NCBI GenBank assembly: GCA_038207395.1
Contig: JBBQZW010000001.1
Span: 13,530 to 77,529, forward strand
Length of the DNA stretch: 64,000 bases
Reading direction: 5' to 3'
From: Minisyncoccia bacterium
Lineage (GTDB): Bacteria > Patescibacteriota > Minisyncoccia > Phycocordibacterales > Phycocordibacteraceae
Part shown: one piece after another, positions 1 to 9,059 of the stretch
Numbering within the stretch: position 1 is the stretch's first letter
Layout: the number at the start of each line of letters is the position of its first letter
Made by a program: the position numbers and the translations under genes
Notes under the pieces: generated by a model
Told to the model about the DNA's origin: nothing
The model's input: the letters and a program-made list of their open reading frames with translations, nothing else
Databases searched by the model: none

Positions 1-137
1 ACAAGGTAATCGTACTCTTCAGTCCCCACAGCATCGTGATATTCATTTTCAAATGAACTGTACCGCTCCACTTCTCTAAGCAGCTTTATTAACATCGCTC
101 GCATGCTTCTGTTGAAGTTATTACGACTTGTAGTCAT
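1..137 (-). CDS. Partial hypothetical protein running off the left edge (MTTSRNNFNRSMRAMLIKLLREVERYSSFENEYHDAVGTEEYDYL...)
   Basis: ATG at 137, 4 nt after the HTH gene stop; frame open to the window edge. Confidence 0.55.
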   Translation of the reverse strand, partial: MTTSRNNFNRSMRAMLIKLLREVERYSSFENEYHDAVGTEEYDYL

Positions 138-141
138 AAGC

Positions 142-336
142 TTAGGTCTTGGCATTGTGAAGAAACCGGTTGAACTCTGTCTTATCAATGCGGAACTCCT
201 TTCCAATCTTGTAAGCCATGAGCTTACCCGCTTTGATATAGCGGTAGATGGTCATCACGTTTAACGAGAGAACGTCAGCAAGCTCGTTAGCTGTGTAATA
301 TTCTTTCGTTTTTGCCATATTAGGTACTTTTATCAT
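142..336 (-). CDS. Excisionase-like/MerR-type HTH DNA-binding protein (HTH_17); start may be 318
   Basis: YTANELADVLSLNVMTIYRYIKAGKLMAYKIGKEFRI is a typical HTH_17 signature. Confidence 0.85.
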   Translation of the reverse strand: MIKVPNMAKTKEYYTANELADVLSLNVMTIYRYIKAGKLMAYKIGKEFRIDKTEFNRFLHNAKT

Positions 337-1535
337 ACTTTACTTTTGTTTACATTCAACGAATAGGGTTGATAACTCGATAAGGTCTTCTTAACTTGCC
401 CATACCACTCGCGCGGTTGCATCTTATGTAGGTCAGACGCTATCTCGCGCAGGTCTCCAGAGTGTCGATACCAGCTTCTGTCGTCAGTACGCTTATCTAG
501 TAGAGACCTTAGCTCACGGAGCCCGTTCTCATCCCGAGCTAGCAATAAGAGGCCAGTAAGGTAGATAGCCGTCTTTCCTTTTGCGCTTTTACGCGCAACG
601 AGAATGCGTCTGAGCAAGTCCTTTGGTGTATAGGCGTGTGAGAAAAGTGGAATGCTATAGCCAGCTATCATTGTTTCCCAGTAGTGGTTAACCACCTTCT
701 TGCTTTTCGCTTTTGAGAACACTTGCCGGAAAGTAGGATTTTCTTCAAAGCCAAGCTGTTTGAAGAGAGTGTTCAACCTTCTTTTTTGGCTTAATCGAAC
801 TTCTAGCCGTAGGATTTCCTGTTCTTTCTTCAGCTCCTTAAACAAGCTCATTTGGTGCTGGGTCTGGTCTTTATCTATGGCTCGTTTCTTTCCTTTTGCG
901 AGGTCAGCTACCTTGTCATAGATAACGAATGAATGGGCTACGGAGTAGAGATATAAACTCTGTCCGTCATTCATGAAGCGAGCACGAGCAAGGTCGAAAC
1001 GCTTATTGAGATTGACCTTGCCCAGCTCGGTTATTACGTACTGTGCTGAATAACCGTCGGCTAACTCGATATTCTTTGAATAGTGAACCGCACTGACAGG
1101 AGCGTTCCTTAGCACGTCGAGCGGTATTACAACTCCCATCATACGCAGTCGCTCATCCAGTACTTCTACAACACGGTCAAAGTTGCTATCGCGCAGCTCC
1201 TCGAGATTATTCTTATAGAGAAGCTTAGGAACAGAGAACTCGATTTTGATGCTTGATTGCCAGGCAAGCTTTCCTTCTGCTCGACGAATGCCAGTAAGAC
1301 GTGGAAAGTACATGCCCTTGTCGAGGTCTTTGCTCGACGGGTTCTTTACGTACTTATCATAGGTTTTGGTACGCGCCTGCAGGTTCCACCGGTCAACTCC
1401 ATAGCCCGTCATATCAAGCATCATGGCCTTATCTCGTGGAAGAGTAAGTATCACGGTATCAATCATGACTTTCTTTTGATGCATCCTCATACCGCTCCGG
1501 CTCAAGTCGCAAGTCGATTTTATAGAGCAGGTCAA
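333..1535 (-). CDS. Phage/plasmid rolling-circle-type replication initiator (gene II/X, CRI/Rep_trans-like); likely start about 1466
   Basis: MIDT N-terminus, IEFSVPKLL..NNL, IYDK and LRLEVRL motifs; overlaps the HTH gene. Confidence 0.6.
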   Translation of the reverse strand: MTCSIKSTCDLSRSGMRMHQKKVMIDTVILTLPRDKAMMLDMTGYGVDRWNLQARTKTYDKYVKNPSSKDLDKGMYFPRLTGIRRAEGKLAWQSSIKIEFSVPKLLYKNNLEELRDSNFDRVVEVLDERLRMMGVVIPLDVLRNAPVSAVHYSKNIELADGYSAQYVITELGKVNLNKRFDLARARFMNDGQSLYLYSVAHSFVIYDKVADLAKGKKRAIDKDQTQHQMSLFKELKKEQEILRLEVRLSQKRRLNTLFKQLGFEENPTFRQVFSKAKSKKVVNHYWETMIAGYSIPLFSHAYTPKDLLRRILVARKSAKGKTAIYLTGLLLLARDENGLRELRSLLDKRTDDRSWYRHSGDLREIASDLHKMQPREWYGQVKKTLSSYQPYSLNVNKSKV

Positions 1536-1675
1536 AGAACCCTACGAAGTTAGTTCGTGCTTCGAAGTCGTCAAATATCTGTTCTACTAATGTAGTTTGC
1601 TCTTCCACGAGCAAACATTAGCCAGAAAGGATGGACAGGGATAAGAAACTTCTGCAGACAGATGAAAAGAACTGC

Positions 1676-2428
1676 CTACACTTCTTTTCGCTTCTGCTTT
1701 TCCAGAGAGATGATTTTGGAAATATGCCCGTAATCAATAACGGCTTCAGAGCCAAACTTATCAGCAATGGCTTCCATTATTTTCCTGCGCGGCAGGTTCC
1801 GGTTCTCATATATAAAGTCATTACGCTCCTGAACCTTAGGGTTTTTCTTTTTAACCTTTCCAATCTTCTGTCCCGTAGCATCCTTTAAATAGTGCTCTTG
1901 CATCTGCTTGATAAATACATCGTGCTTCTCTATGAAGTCGATTATGTCCCTCTGGGTTGCCTGAGGGCTTATGCGAATGGCTAACGGATAGAAGCGGTTA
2001 TCTGCTTCTTGTATTTCTTTACTAAACGGGTCTTCACCTTCGCTCTGCAGGTCTACTAGCAGACATAAGTCAGCTCCATGCATTGCTTCAAGGGGCTCAT
2101 TGTAGAACAGCACAGATTGGATGGGGTCAGACCAATAAACGAAATGTAGGCCATAGTCGGCACACATTTTTTCAACATCTTTCCATAACTCTCTATTTGT
2201 ATCGCTGTGGCTATGTACCCACTCCCTAGGCGGCACCGTCCTATTATCCACTTGAGGAAAGCCGTTTACAGGTATCTCATACTTCTTTCTAAGTTCTAGT
2301 ACCCTTTCTTGAAAACGCGTCGTTCTAACTACTTCTTTAGCGTAGTTTTCAATCTTTACCCGTCCTTGGCTGTTCCAAGATTTCTCGAAAGCAAGTTGAG
2401 CGCTCGTTGGGATTTCATCCTCGTACAT
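1676..2428 (-). CDS. Hypothetical element protein with a possible C-terminal HTH
   Basis: 250-aa ORF co-oriented with rep; shares an upstream 20-bp motif with the HTH gene. Confidence 0.7.
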   Translation of the reverse strand: MYEDEIPTSAQLAFEKSWNSQGRVKIENYAKEVVRTTRFQERVLELRKKYEIPVNGFPQVDNRTVPPREWVHSHSDTNRELWKDVEKMCADYGLHFVYWSDPIQSVLFYNEPLEAMHGADLCLLVDLQSEGEDPFSKEIQEADNRFYPLAIRISPQATQRDIIDFIEKHDVFIKQMQEHYLKDATGQKIGKVKKKNPKVQERNDFIYENRNLPRRKIMEAIADKFGSEAVIDYGHISKIISLEKQKRKEV

Positions 2429-2478
2429 TACTTTACTTTAGTTTACATATCCCGTCAGTTCAATACGTGCTGGTATGC

Positions 2479-2507
2479 TTGACATTGGCTTATTCATATG
2501 TTATATG
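2479..2507 (+). promoter_or_regulatory. sigma70-like promoter TTGACA-17-TATATG
   Basis: Consensus -35 and spacing upstream of the ORF at 2564. Confidence 0.5.
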
Positions 2508-2563
2508 TATGTACAGGCACGAACCATAGGTTCGCTTCTTTCCAGATTTCTTAGGAGGCACAA

Positions 2564-2908
2564 ATGAGCAGTTTTCAGATTACTGGCATTCTTTTGTCAG
2601 TCCATGCTATCGAGGTCGAACATACTGACCTCGGTAAGCGTGAGACCGGAAGGCGCTGCTTTGCGGACAGCCGCTTCTTCTCGAAGCCGTTATTCGTTCC
2701 TCGCATCGGAGAACAGGTTTCTCTCAACTCAACTTCGGGAGTTATGGGTAGGGTTATCGACCTGTGGAGTACCATCACCACCCTGCCCATGCAGTCAGTC
2801 CAGCTCACTGTGGAGGTGAATGTCGGCGATGTCGATAAGCTTGTTTCCGCTAAGTGGAAGCGCACTTCCAAGAAGTTGCCGTCTAAGAAGACCCCTAGTT
2901 CCAACTAG
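2564..2908 (+). CDS. Hypothetical protein
   Basis: 114 aa with AGGAGG SD and an upstream promoter. Confidence 0.65.
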   Translation: MSSFQITGILLSVHAIEVEHTDLGKRETGRRCFADSRFFSKPLFVPRIGEQVSLNSTSGVMGRVIDLWSTITTLPMQSVQLTVEVNVGDVDKLVSAKWKRTSKKLPSKKTPSSN

Positions 2909-3014
2909 CTTCAAACCGAATTGGGAGCACGGTTAATTGCTCCCCTCTATTGAGCCCGCAAGTTCACTTGTTGTCTCATCGAGTACAGTTCTTCACACCA
3001 ACCAGGAGGGATTT

Positions 3015-3380
3015 ATGGCCTATCGCGACAACGTATCTGCTTTGGCAGCAAAGTTCGGCATCTCGAATGACACAGGTCTCCGCGAGGAAGACCTGAAAAT
3101 CGCCGAACTGCGCTTCATCGACGACCAAGGAAACGTCCTTACGACAATCCAAGCAACGCCCATGAATAAGGGAGGGCGGCTTTTCTTTCAAGCTCTCGGT
3201 ACTATCACTCTCGAGGACGAAGACCGTATGGCTTCGTTGCACGTCAACGAACGCTTGCGCTCGGAAGCAGCTCGGCACTTTGCTGAGCTATGGGAACCCA
3301 ATCCCGAACCTGGCAAGCGCGTATTGCTTGATGCCATTCGCGACCCTCGGCATGCCGAAGTTGAGATTGGCTGGAAATAG
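3015..3380 (+). CDS. Hypothetical protein
   Basis: AGGAGG SD before ATG 3015; hairpin plus T-tract at about 3420-3458. Confidence 0.65.
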   Translation: MAYRDNVSALAAKFGISNDTGLREEDLKIAELRFIDDQGNVLTTIQATPMNKGGRLFFQALGTITLEDEDRMASLHVNERLRSEAARHFAELWEPNPEPGKRVLLDAIRDPRHAEVEIGWK

Positions 3381-3530
3381 CCAGTTTCGGCGAACCGATA
3401 CTACATAAAAACTCGCACCGAACCCCAGCGAGTATAAATAAGGGGTTCTTTTCTTTTTATGCAAAAGTGAATATTCCTAATTCTCTCTCAATTTGTGCCC
3501 AGTTCAGAGTTCTAAACTTGTCCAGCATGG

Positions 3531-3583
3531 GGAGCCAAATAAAAACACCAGAGATATATGCTCTGGTGTTTTTATTTGGCTCC
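3531..3583. repeat. Perfect 23-bp inverted repeat with 7-nt loop
   Basis: GGAGCCAAATAAAAACACCAGAG-atatatg-CTCTGGTGTTTTTATTTGGCTCC. Confidence 0.9.
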
Positions 3584-3632
3584 GCTCACACAGACATTTT
3601 GCGCCTGTATTGGATTTGATATAGTTATAGTA

Positions 3633-3812
3633 ATGAACATATTTAACTTCGGCGAAAAGAAAGAACCTAAAAAGAACTCAGGAGAAACGTCAGACATGAC
3701 TCCGTACGGCACTTCAGGTACTCATTTGGTAGATGACTCAACGGACTCAGCAAGCTGTGACTCTTCAAGTGATGGAGGTTCTTCTGACGGAGGTTGTGGG
3801 GGCGGTGAGTAA
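3633..3812 (+). CDS. Small acidic Ser/Gly/Asp-rich protein with a Cys-containing tail
   Basis: TATAGT box 7 nt before ATG; ends DSASCDSSSDGGSSDGGCGGGE. Confidence 0.5.
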   Translation: MNIFNFGEKKEPKKNSGETSDMTPYGTSGTHLVDDSTDSASCDSSSDGGSSDGGCGGGE

Positions 3813-3854
3813 GGAGGTAGTAAGTACTACCGCTTACTCTGATAGTATGCAAAC

Positions 3855-4700
3855 ATGACCGTACGTCGTTTACTTCGTATTAGCCGCCCACGCTTTTGGC
3901 TGTATGAGCTTGGTACGTTTGTGGTGGGGGTAGTTGCTGCATACGCGCACGGCGCACCTGCTTCCAGCATACTTTCCATCAGTACCGCGGCATTCTTTGC
4001 GTATTTTCTCTTTCCGGCAAATCTCTACATTTACGGAATTAATGATATCTACGATTACGAAACTGATCGCTTGAATCCAAAAAAGACTGCATATGAGGCT
4101 CTTGTAATGCCCGATGAGCACGCCACGCTGTGGCGTGCCATTCTAATCACCACTATTCCGTTCGCCGCTTTCCTCATGGGCGCTCCAATTTCTGCGTGGA
4201 TTGCATTCAGTGTATTTTTGTTCTTCGCGTGTTTCTATTCTGCTCCCCCGATACGGGCAAAAATACGGCCTGGGCTTGATAGCCTTTTTAGTGCTGGACA
4301 TTATGTTGCCACGGGAGTCTTTGGATATCTTCTTGTCGGAGCCACGAGTCTCAGCTATCTTCCTGTAGCCGCAGCAATGTTCTGGGCTATTGCCATGCAT
4401 GCATATTCCGCAGTTCCTGATATTCAGGCAGATAGTGAAGGAGGGCTTGCAACTATTGCCACTAGCTTAGGCAAACAAGGAACTATTCTTGTGTGTCTTG
4501 TCCTGTATACACTTGCCAGTGTCATGGCTCTTCCGTATCTTGGCGTATCCGTCCTACTCCTAGGTGCCGTGTACACCGCGCTTATGGTACTTTCGCTTTT
4601 TGCTCGTAGTGAAAAGACCTTGTTCTCCATATACAAGGTCTTTCCAACAGTAAACGCCTTAGCAGGAATGGCGATATTTTTCCTTACGCTGTATCACTAG
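3855..4700 (+). CDS. UbiA-family prenyltransferase, lycopene elongase type (LyeJ/CrtEb)
   Basis: SRPRFWLY, YGINDIYDYETDRLNPKK, YSAPPIRAK and AVPDIQAD motifs; adjacent to crtI. Confidence 0.8.
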   Translation: MTVRRLLRISRPRFWLYELGTFVVGVVAAYAHGAPASSILSISTAAFFAYFLFPANLYIYGINDIYDYETDRLNPKKTAYEALVMPDEHATLWRAILITTIPFAAFLMGAPISAWIAFSVFLFFACFYSAPPIRAKIRPGLDSLFSAGHYVATGVFGYLLVGATSLSYLPVAAAMFWAIAMHAYSAVPDIQADSEGGLATIATSLGKQGTILVCLVLYTLASVMALPYLGVSVLLLGAVYTALMVLSLFARSEKTLFSIYKVFPTVNALAGMAIFFLTLYH

Positions 4701-6201
4701 GAATCATTTCAGTGAGTGGTTCTGGCGTTTTAATTCCCATGATGCGCTTGTACGCGAGTTCGGCCGAAATAAGACAGATCGGCATACCAATGCCGGGATT
4801 TGTACCGGCTCCTACGTAGTAGAGATTCGAGACCTTCTTACTTACGTTATTTGGGCGGAAGGTCGCCGTTTGCCCTAAGGTGTGAGCAAGCCCGAGCGCA
4901 CTTCCTCCAAGTGAGTGGTAGTCACGGGTAAAGTCGTCAGGAGTATACGTGCGAATATATTCAATACGCGAACGAAGATTTGGGATTTTCATTTCCACCT
5001 CAAGCATTTCAAGTATCTTCGTTTGGTATGCTTCAAGCATCTCTGCAGAATATTCCACACCAGCTCCTATCGGTACTAAGACAAAGAGATTTTCTTTTCC
5101 AGCAGGTGCAACGCTTTTATCGGTCTTAGAGGGACAGCACACGTAAAATGAAGGAGCATTCGGCAGAGTTGGTGACTCAAATATTTCATCAAAGTTTTTC
5201 TTCCAGTCTTTTGCGAAGAATAGGTTGTGGTGCACCAGTGAGTCTACTGACCCATCAACCCCTAAATACATAATGAATGCAGAAGGTGCGAGTGTTCGGT
5301 TCTTCCAATACGACGCCTTAAAACTTTGATCCTTCGAACTAAGAAGTGCTGTTTCAGTGTGCGCAATGTCAGCGTTCGAGATAATCAAGTCTGCGGTAAG
5401 TTTCTCCCCATTCGTGAGTATCACACCCGTTGCAACTCTTCCCTTTGTTTCTATATGGGAGACTTCAGTATCAGTGCGGATCTCTGCGCCATACTTTCTT
5501 GCAATGCCTCCAAGCACTTCTATGAGACGATATATACCTCCTTCTGGGTAGTACACACCCATATTGAAATCAATATGACTCATTATGTTGTAGAGCGCAG
5601 GAGTCTTATAGGGAGAACTTCCGAGAAACACGAGCTGATACTGCATTATCTTCTGCACCATGTCTGATTTGAAGAATTTCTTTACGTATGTGTCCATGGT
5701 TGAAAATACGGAAAGTTTACGTCCCTCCACCATGGTTCTTTTATTAAAGAAGTCCATGAATGAGTCATAGTTCTTGTACATAAATTCGTTCGTCGCAACA
5801 TCATACTGATATGCGGATTGTGCAACGTATTCCTTGAGCTTTGTTCCACTTCCCGGCTCAAGGGTTTCAAATAAAGCTGCTGCTTTTTCTATATCTGCTT
5901 CAACATCAATAGGTTCATCCTGGTCTTTGAAGTAGATACGGTAGGAAGGTGAAAGCTTTTGCAAATGTAAGTGTTCTTCAATTGGTTCACCAAGTAACGT
6001 AAAAAAGTGCTGGAACACGTCTGGCATTAAGTACCACGAAGGCCCCATATCAAAGCGGTATCCTTCTGCTTCAAACACGTTTGCACGGCCTCCAATGTTC
6101 TTGTTCTTTTCTAGTACCGTTACGTGATAACCTTGTTTTGCCAGCAAACAGGCGGTACCAAGTCCCCCAATACCTGAACCGATGATAAGTGCTTTTTTCA
6201 T
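4684..6201 (-). CDS. crtI: Phytoene desaturase
   Basis: GSGIGG FAD motif, FDMGPSWY, NLYYVGAGTNPGIGMP. Confidence 0.92.
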   Translation of the reverse strand: MKKALIIGSGIGGLGTACLLAKQGYHVTVLEKNKNIGGRANVFEAEGYRFDMGPSWYLMPDVFQHFFTLLGEPIEEHLHLQKLSPSYRIYFKDQDEPIDVEADIEKAAALFETLEPGSGTKLKEYVAQSAYQYDVATNEFMYKNYDSFMDFFNKRTMVEGRKLSVFSTMDTYVKKFFKSDMVQKIMQYQLVFLGSSPYKTPALYNIMSHIDFNMGVYYPEGGIYRLIEVLGGIARKYGAEIRTDTEVSHIETKGRVATGVILTNGEKLTADLIISNADIAHTETALLSSKDQSFKASYWKNRTLAPSAFIMYLGVDGSVDSLVHHNLFFAKDWKKNFDEIFESPTLPNAPSFYVCCPSKTDKSVAPAGKENLFVLVPIGAGVEYSAEMLEAYQTKILEMLEVEMKIPNLRSRIEYIRTYTPDDFTRDYHSLGGSALGLAHTLGQTATFRPNNVSKKVSNLYYVGAGTNPGIGMPICLISAELAYKRIMGIKTPEPLTEMIPSDTA

Positions 6202-7061
6202 GACGAGAATATAATAGGAATAGCGTAACGAAGTTTTTGTAAAGTGGTTGTGCTGCGGCGCGCGCTAAATACATCGTAATCTGCTTCACTGATGCGGTCG
6301 AGTATTTTGCTATATAGCACTCGCGAAAGGAGAACTGCTTTTCGCCCTGGAACAGAAAGCATGGGAATACCCTTATCGGCACGCTCATAGAGCACACGTG
6401 CGCGATCAGCTTCGAATTTTAGAAGTTCCTTTAATTCAGGAGTTAGTACCGCACCTTTAACCATATCCTCAGTAACACCAAAGCGATCCATATCTTCTTT
6501 AGGGAGATAGATTCTCTCACGCTGTTCATAGTCTTCTCGAATATCACGAAGGAAGTTAGTAAGTTGCATTGCGTATCCTAAATCCGCAGCGTAGGCATAC
6601 GCATCATGGTCACTAGTTCCGATAATGTGTACAAGCATAATACCTATTACTGCAGCAGAGCCGTGCATATACTCTTTTAAGTCTTCGTACGTCTCGTAGC
6701 GCGTTACATAGGTATCGCGCAACATAGCTTCGAGGAAGGTATCCATCAAAATGGATGGGACTGAATAGGTGACAAAAGCCCATGCAGCAGCTGCCAAAAT
6801 TGGATCTTCGTGGGTTCCGGTTTGAAGCGCCTCATGCCATTCGTGTTGGAGCCTTTCGAGCCGTTCTTTTGCTTCTTCGGGGGTTTTTGATTCAGTATCA
6901 ACTATTTCATCGGCCATACGCACGAATCCATAGAGAGAATAGACGGCATCTTGAATATCTTTTGGAAACAGTTTGGTAGCGTAATAGTAGTTTGTTCCGT
7001 AGTCTTTTGTAAGTTTTTTCGCCTGGCGTATTGCCTCTACAGGCTTCGAAAATGAGCGCAT
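6198..7061 (-). CDS. crtB: Phytoene synthase
   Basis: ADEIVD, AMQLTNFLRDIRED, RIYLP. Confidence 0.92.
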   Translation of the reverse strand: MRSFSKPVEAIRQAKKLTKDYGTNYYYATKLFPKDIQDAVYSLYGFVRMADEIVDTESKTPEEAKERLERLQHEWHEALQTGTHEDPILAAAAWAFVTYSVPSILMDTFLEAMLRDTYVTRYETYEDLKEYMHGSAAVIGIMLVHIIGTSDHDAYAYAADLGYAMQLTNFLRDIREDYEQRERIYLPKEDMDRFGVTEDMVKGAVLTPELKELLKFEADRARVLYERADKGIPMLSVPGRKAVLLSRVLYSKILDRISEADYDVFSARRSTTTLQKLRYAIPIIFSS

Positions 7062-7062
7062 A

Positions 7063-8115
7063 CTATGTTGTTCGTCCAGCCATACGACTAAGAAGCTCGC
7101 TCCACGCTCTCGTTAGTGATGGTGAAAAATGTTGACTCTCGAGTGCGGAGGCAGCTTCTTGGAGTTCCTTAGCTATGCGTGATCGTCCATAGCTGATTGC
7201 CCCTGTGCGTTCAAAGATTTCTTTTACTAGTCCTGTGTTTTGTTCGCCGCATTCTTTTCCAAAGCAACGAAGGAGTGCTTGAATATCCTCTGCGCTTCCG
7301 TGTGTCATAACGTAATTCGTAAAAATAGTGTGCTGCCCTTCGGAAACATCCTTCAGAGATTTCTTACCCGTTACGCTTTCGCTCCCTACAATATCTAAAA
7401 GATCGTCCTGTAGCTGAAATGCCATACCCAGAGCGGACCCAAAGACCGTACTCCACTCGTCATGCTGGCCTGACATTCCTGCAAGGGCCGCACCAAAACG
7501 AAGAGGATAAATAAAAGTGTATTGCGCAGTTTTAAGGAGTGTTTTTTTCTCAATTTCCTCGAGCGTTGTTTTTTCTTGGCCTGCAATTTTAACATCTAGC
7601 ATTTGACCAATAACGACGGCATATACCATTGCGTCAAACACACTCATGCACTTCTTTGCTACTGAGGTAGAGAGAGTTTCTGTAAGAATTTCTTTTGACC
7701 AATTAAAAACAAGATCTCCAACAAGTATTGCTTGGCTTTGTGCAGAAGCAGTATTGTTTGTCCCTTCGAGTGAGCGAGCGTATTCGTGAAGTGTGGGAAT
7801 ACCATGACGAACTGCTGCCTTGTCGATAATATCGTCATGGATAAGCGCAAACACATGAAAGAGTTCAATAGCAACAAGTATCTCTAAGACGCCTTCGTCT
7901 TCACCTCCTGCAGTCTTGTACATAAGGTAACTGACATAGGGACGGACGCGCTTGCCCCCGGCAAGCGCTATATCTTTAACATAGGCAAGAAGATACCCTA
8001 TATAGAGATCGTTCGAGAATTCAGGCGCTTTTTGAATACGGCTTGAAATTGCCTTTTCCATCAACGGATCAAATACCTGCTTAAAGGTAGTTAGGTCTAG
8101 AATGGCGGGAGTCAT
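7063..8115 (-). CDS. crtE: Short-chain polyprenyl (GGPP) synthase
   Basis: GGKRVRP, FARM DDIID with Phe at -5, SARM DDLLD. Confidence 0.8.
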   Translation of the reverse strand: MTPAILDLTTFKQVFDPLMEKAISSRIQKAPEFSNDLYIGYLLAYVKDIALAGGKRVRPYVSYLMYKTAGGEDEGVLEILVAIELFHVFALIHDDIIDKAAVRHGIPTLHEYARSLEGTNNTASAQSQAILVGDLVFNWSKEILTETLSTSVAKKCMSVFDAMVYAVVIGQMLDVKIAGQEKTTLEEIEKKTLLKTAQYTFIYPLRFGAALAGMSGQHDEWSTVFGSALGMAFQLQDDLLDIVGSESVTGKKSLKDVSEGQHTIFTNYVMTHGSAEDIQALLRCFGKECGEQNTGLVKEIFERTGAISYGRSRIAKELQEAASALESQHFSPSLTRAWSELLSRMAGRTT

Positions 8116-8193
8116 GATGAGCAGTAAATAGTATTCTACCTTACAATCATTCTACTTTGGAATGAGGACAGTGAGTTAGGTAGTAAAGAATAA

Positions 8194-8220
8194 GGGCGTT
8201 CATGCTTCGCATGAACGCCC
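8194..8220. terminator. Hairpin, probable terminator of the 8238-8645 gene
   Basis: GGGCGTTCATGC-ttc-GCATGAACGCCC. Confidence 0.65.
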
Positions 8221-8237
8221 ATCAATCCTCCCAGACA

Positions 8238-8645
8238 TCATGCCTGAACGGTAAGTAATAGCCCGGTTATGAGTACGCCAGCCAATGTTGGCAGGAATAC
8301 CCAGTGCACAAAAGGTGCGTGGTATTTTGGCGACTTCTTCCCTGAAATAACAAATACAAGAAGCCCAGCCTCAAGAAGCAGAAACGCATCAAGTACCCAA
8401 TGGAAGATAAGAAACGGACCAATGTCTGGCACTAGCGATGTATTCTCATATCGCACCAGGAGTTCAACAAAGGCGATGAGAATTACAAATGCCAGGGAAA
8501 GCCGCATTCGGTAATCACGGTGTTCATTTTTTGACTCAGTACTCTGGAGTATCTGGGCACGTTTTCCGCTCCAGACAACCATTCCCGTGACATAGATAAT
8601 CCGAACCACTACGGCGAAGATACAGAGTTTTAAGAATAGAATCAT
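8238..8645 (-). CDS. Hypothetical 4-TM membrane protein (weakly DUF420-like)
   Basis: Hydrophobic helices with His residues; SD upstream. Confidence 0.65.
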   Translation of the reverse strand: MILFLKLCIFAVVVRIIYVTGMVVWSGKRAQILQSTESKNEHRDYRMRLSLAFVILIAFVELLVRYENTSLVPDIGPFLIFHWVLDAFLLLEAGLLVFVISGKKSPKYHAPFVHWVFLPTLAGVLITGLLLTVQA

Positions 8646-8693
8646 GAGCTACTCCCTTCATAAATGTCCTGGCAGACTATACACTACAAGCAC

Positions 8694-9038
8694 ATGCTAT
8701 CCAAGAATCGTGTTCATCTTCTCTGTGTGAGCACGGTTCCTTTATTTGTCATACTTTCGGGATATTTTCTCCTACATAAAGAGTATCTGTATTCCCTGCT
8801 TTCACTGGGTGGTGTAGTTCTTTGCATGGAAACTCGCGTGAGAATGGGATATCGAGGCCCCCGCAAGGCCTTATTCGTTATTCACTTAATTTGTTGCATC
8901 GGACTTCTGATGGGACTAGTAACCCTTATTATTTCTCCGGCGTATGAGTGGATGTATATGCTTTCAAGTGTGTTATTCGGGGGAATGGTAGGTACGGGTG
9001 CGCTTTTGATACGACAGAGTTGGCACCCGGTATACTAA
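8694..9038 (+). CDS. Hypothetical membrane protein upstream of cydA
   Basis: About 4 TM helices; TACACT box 8 nt before ATG 8694. Confidence 0.65.
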   Translation: MLSKNRVHLLCVSTVPLFVILSGYFLLHKEYLYSLLSLGGVVLCMETRVRMGYRGPRKALFVIHLICCIGLLMGLVTLIISPAYEWMYMLSSVLFGGMVGTGALLIRQSWHPVY

Positions 9039-9059
9039 AGACACGACCTCCTTAGAATC

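Larger units (their letters stand above)
1..3537. mobile_element. Right part of an integrated element (IME or integrated plasmid/virus) ending at a tRNA-like att scar
   Basis: Xis-like HTH, Rep and orphan cargo; tRNA 3'-end-like GGGGAGCCA at 3529-3537 overlapping the left arm of a hairpin. Confidence 0.65.

Noticed and set aside
3855-4700. Quinone-biosynthesis UbiA/MenA serving cytochrome bd
   Set aside because: Motifs and crt linkage fit lycopene elongase better
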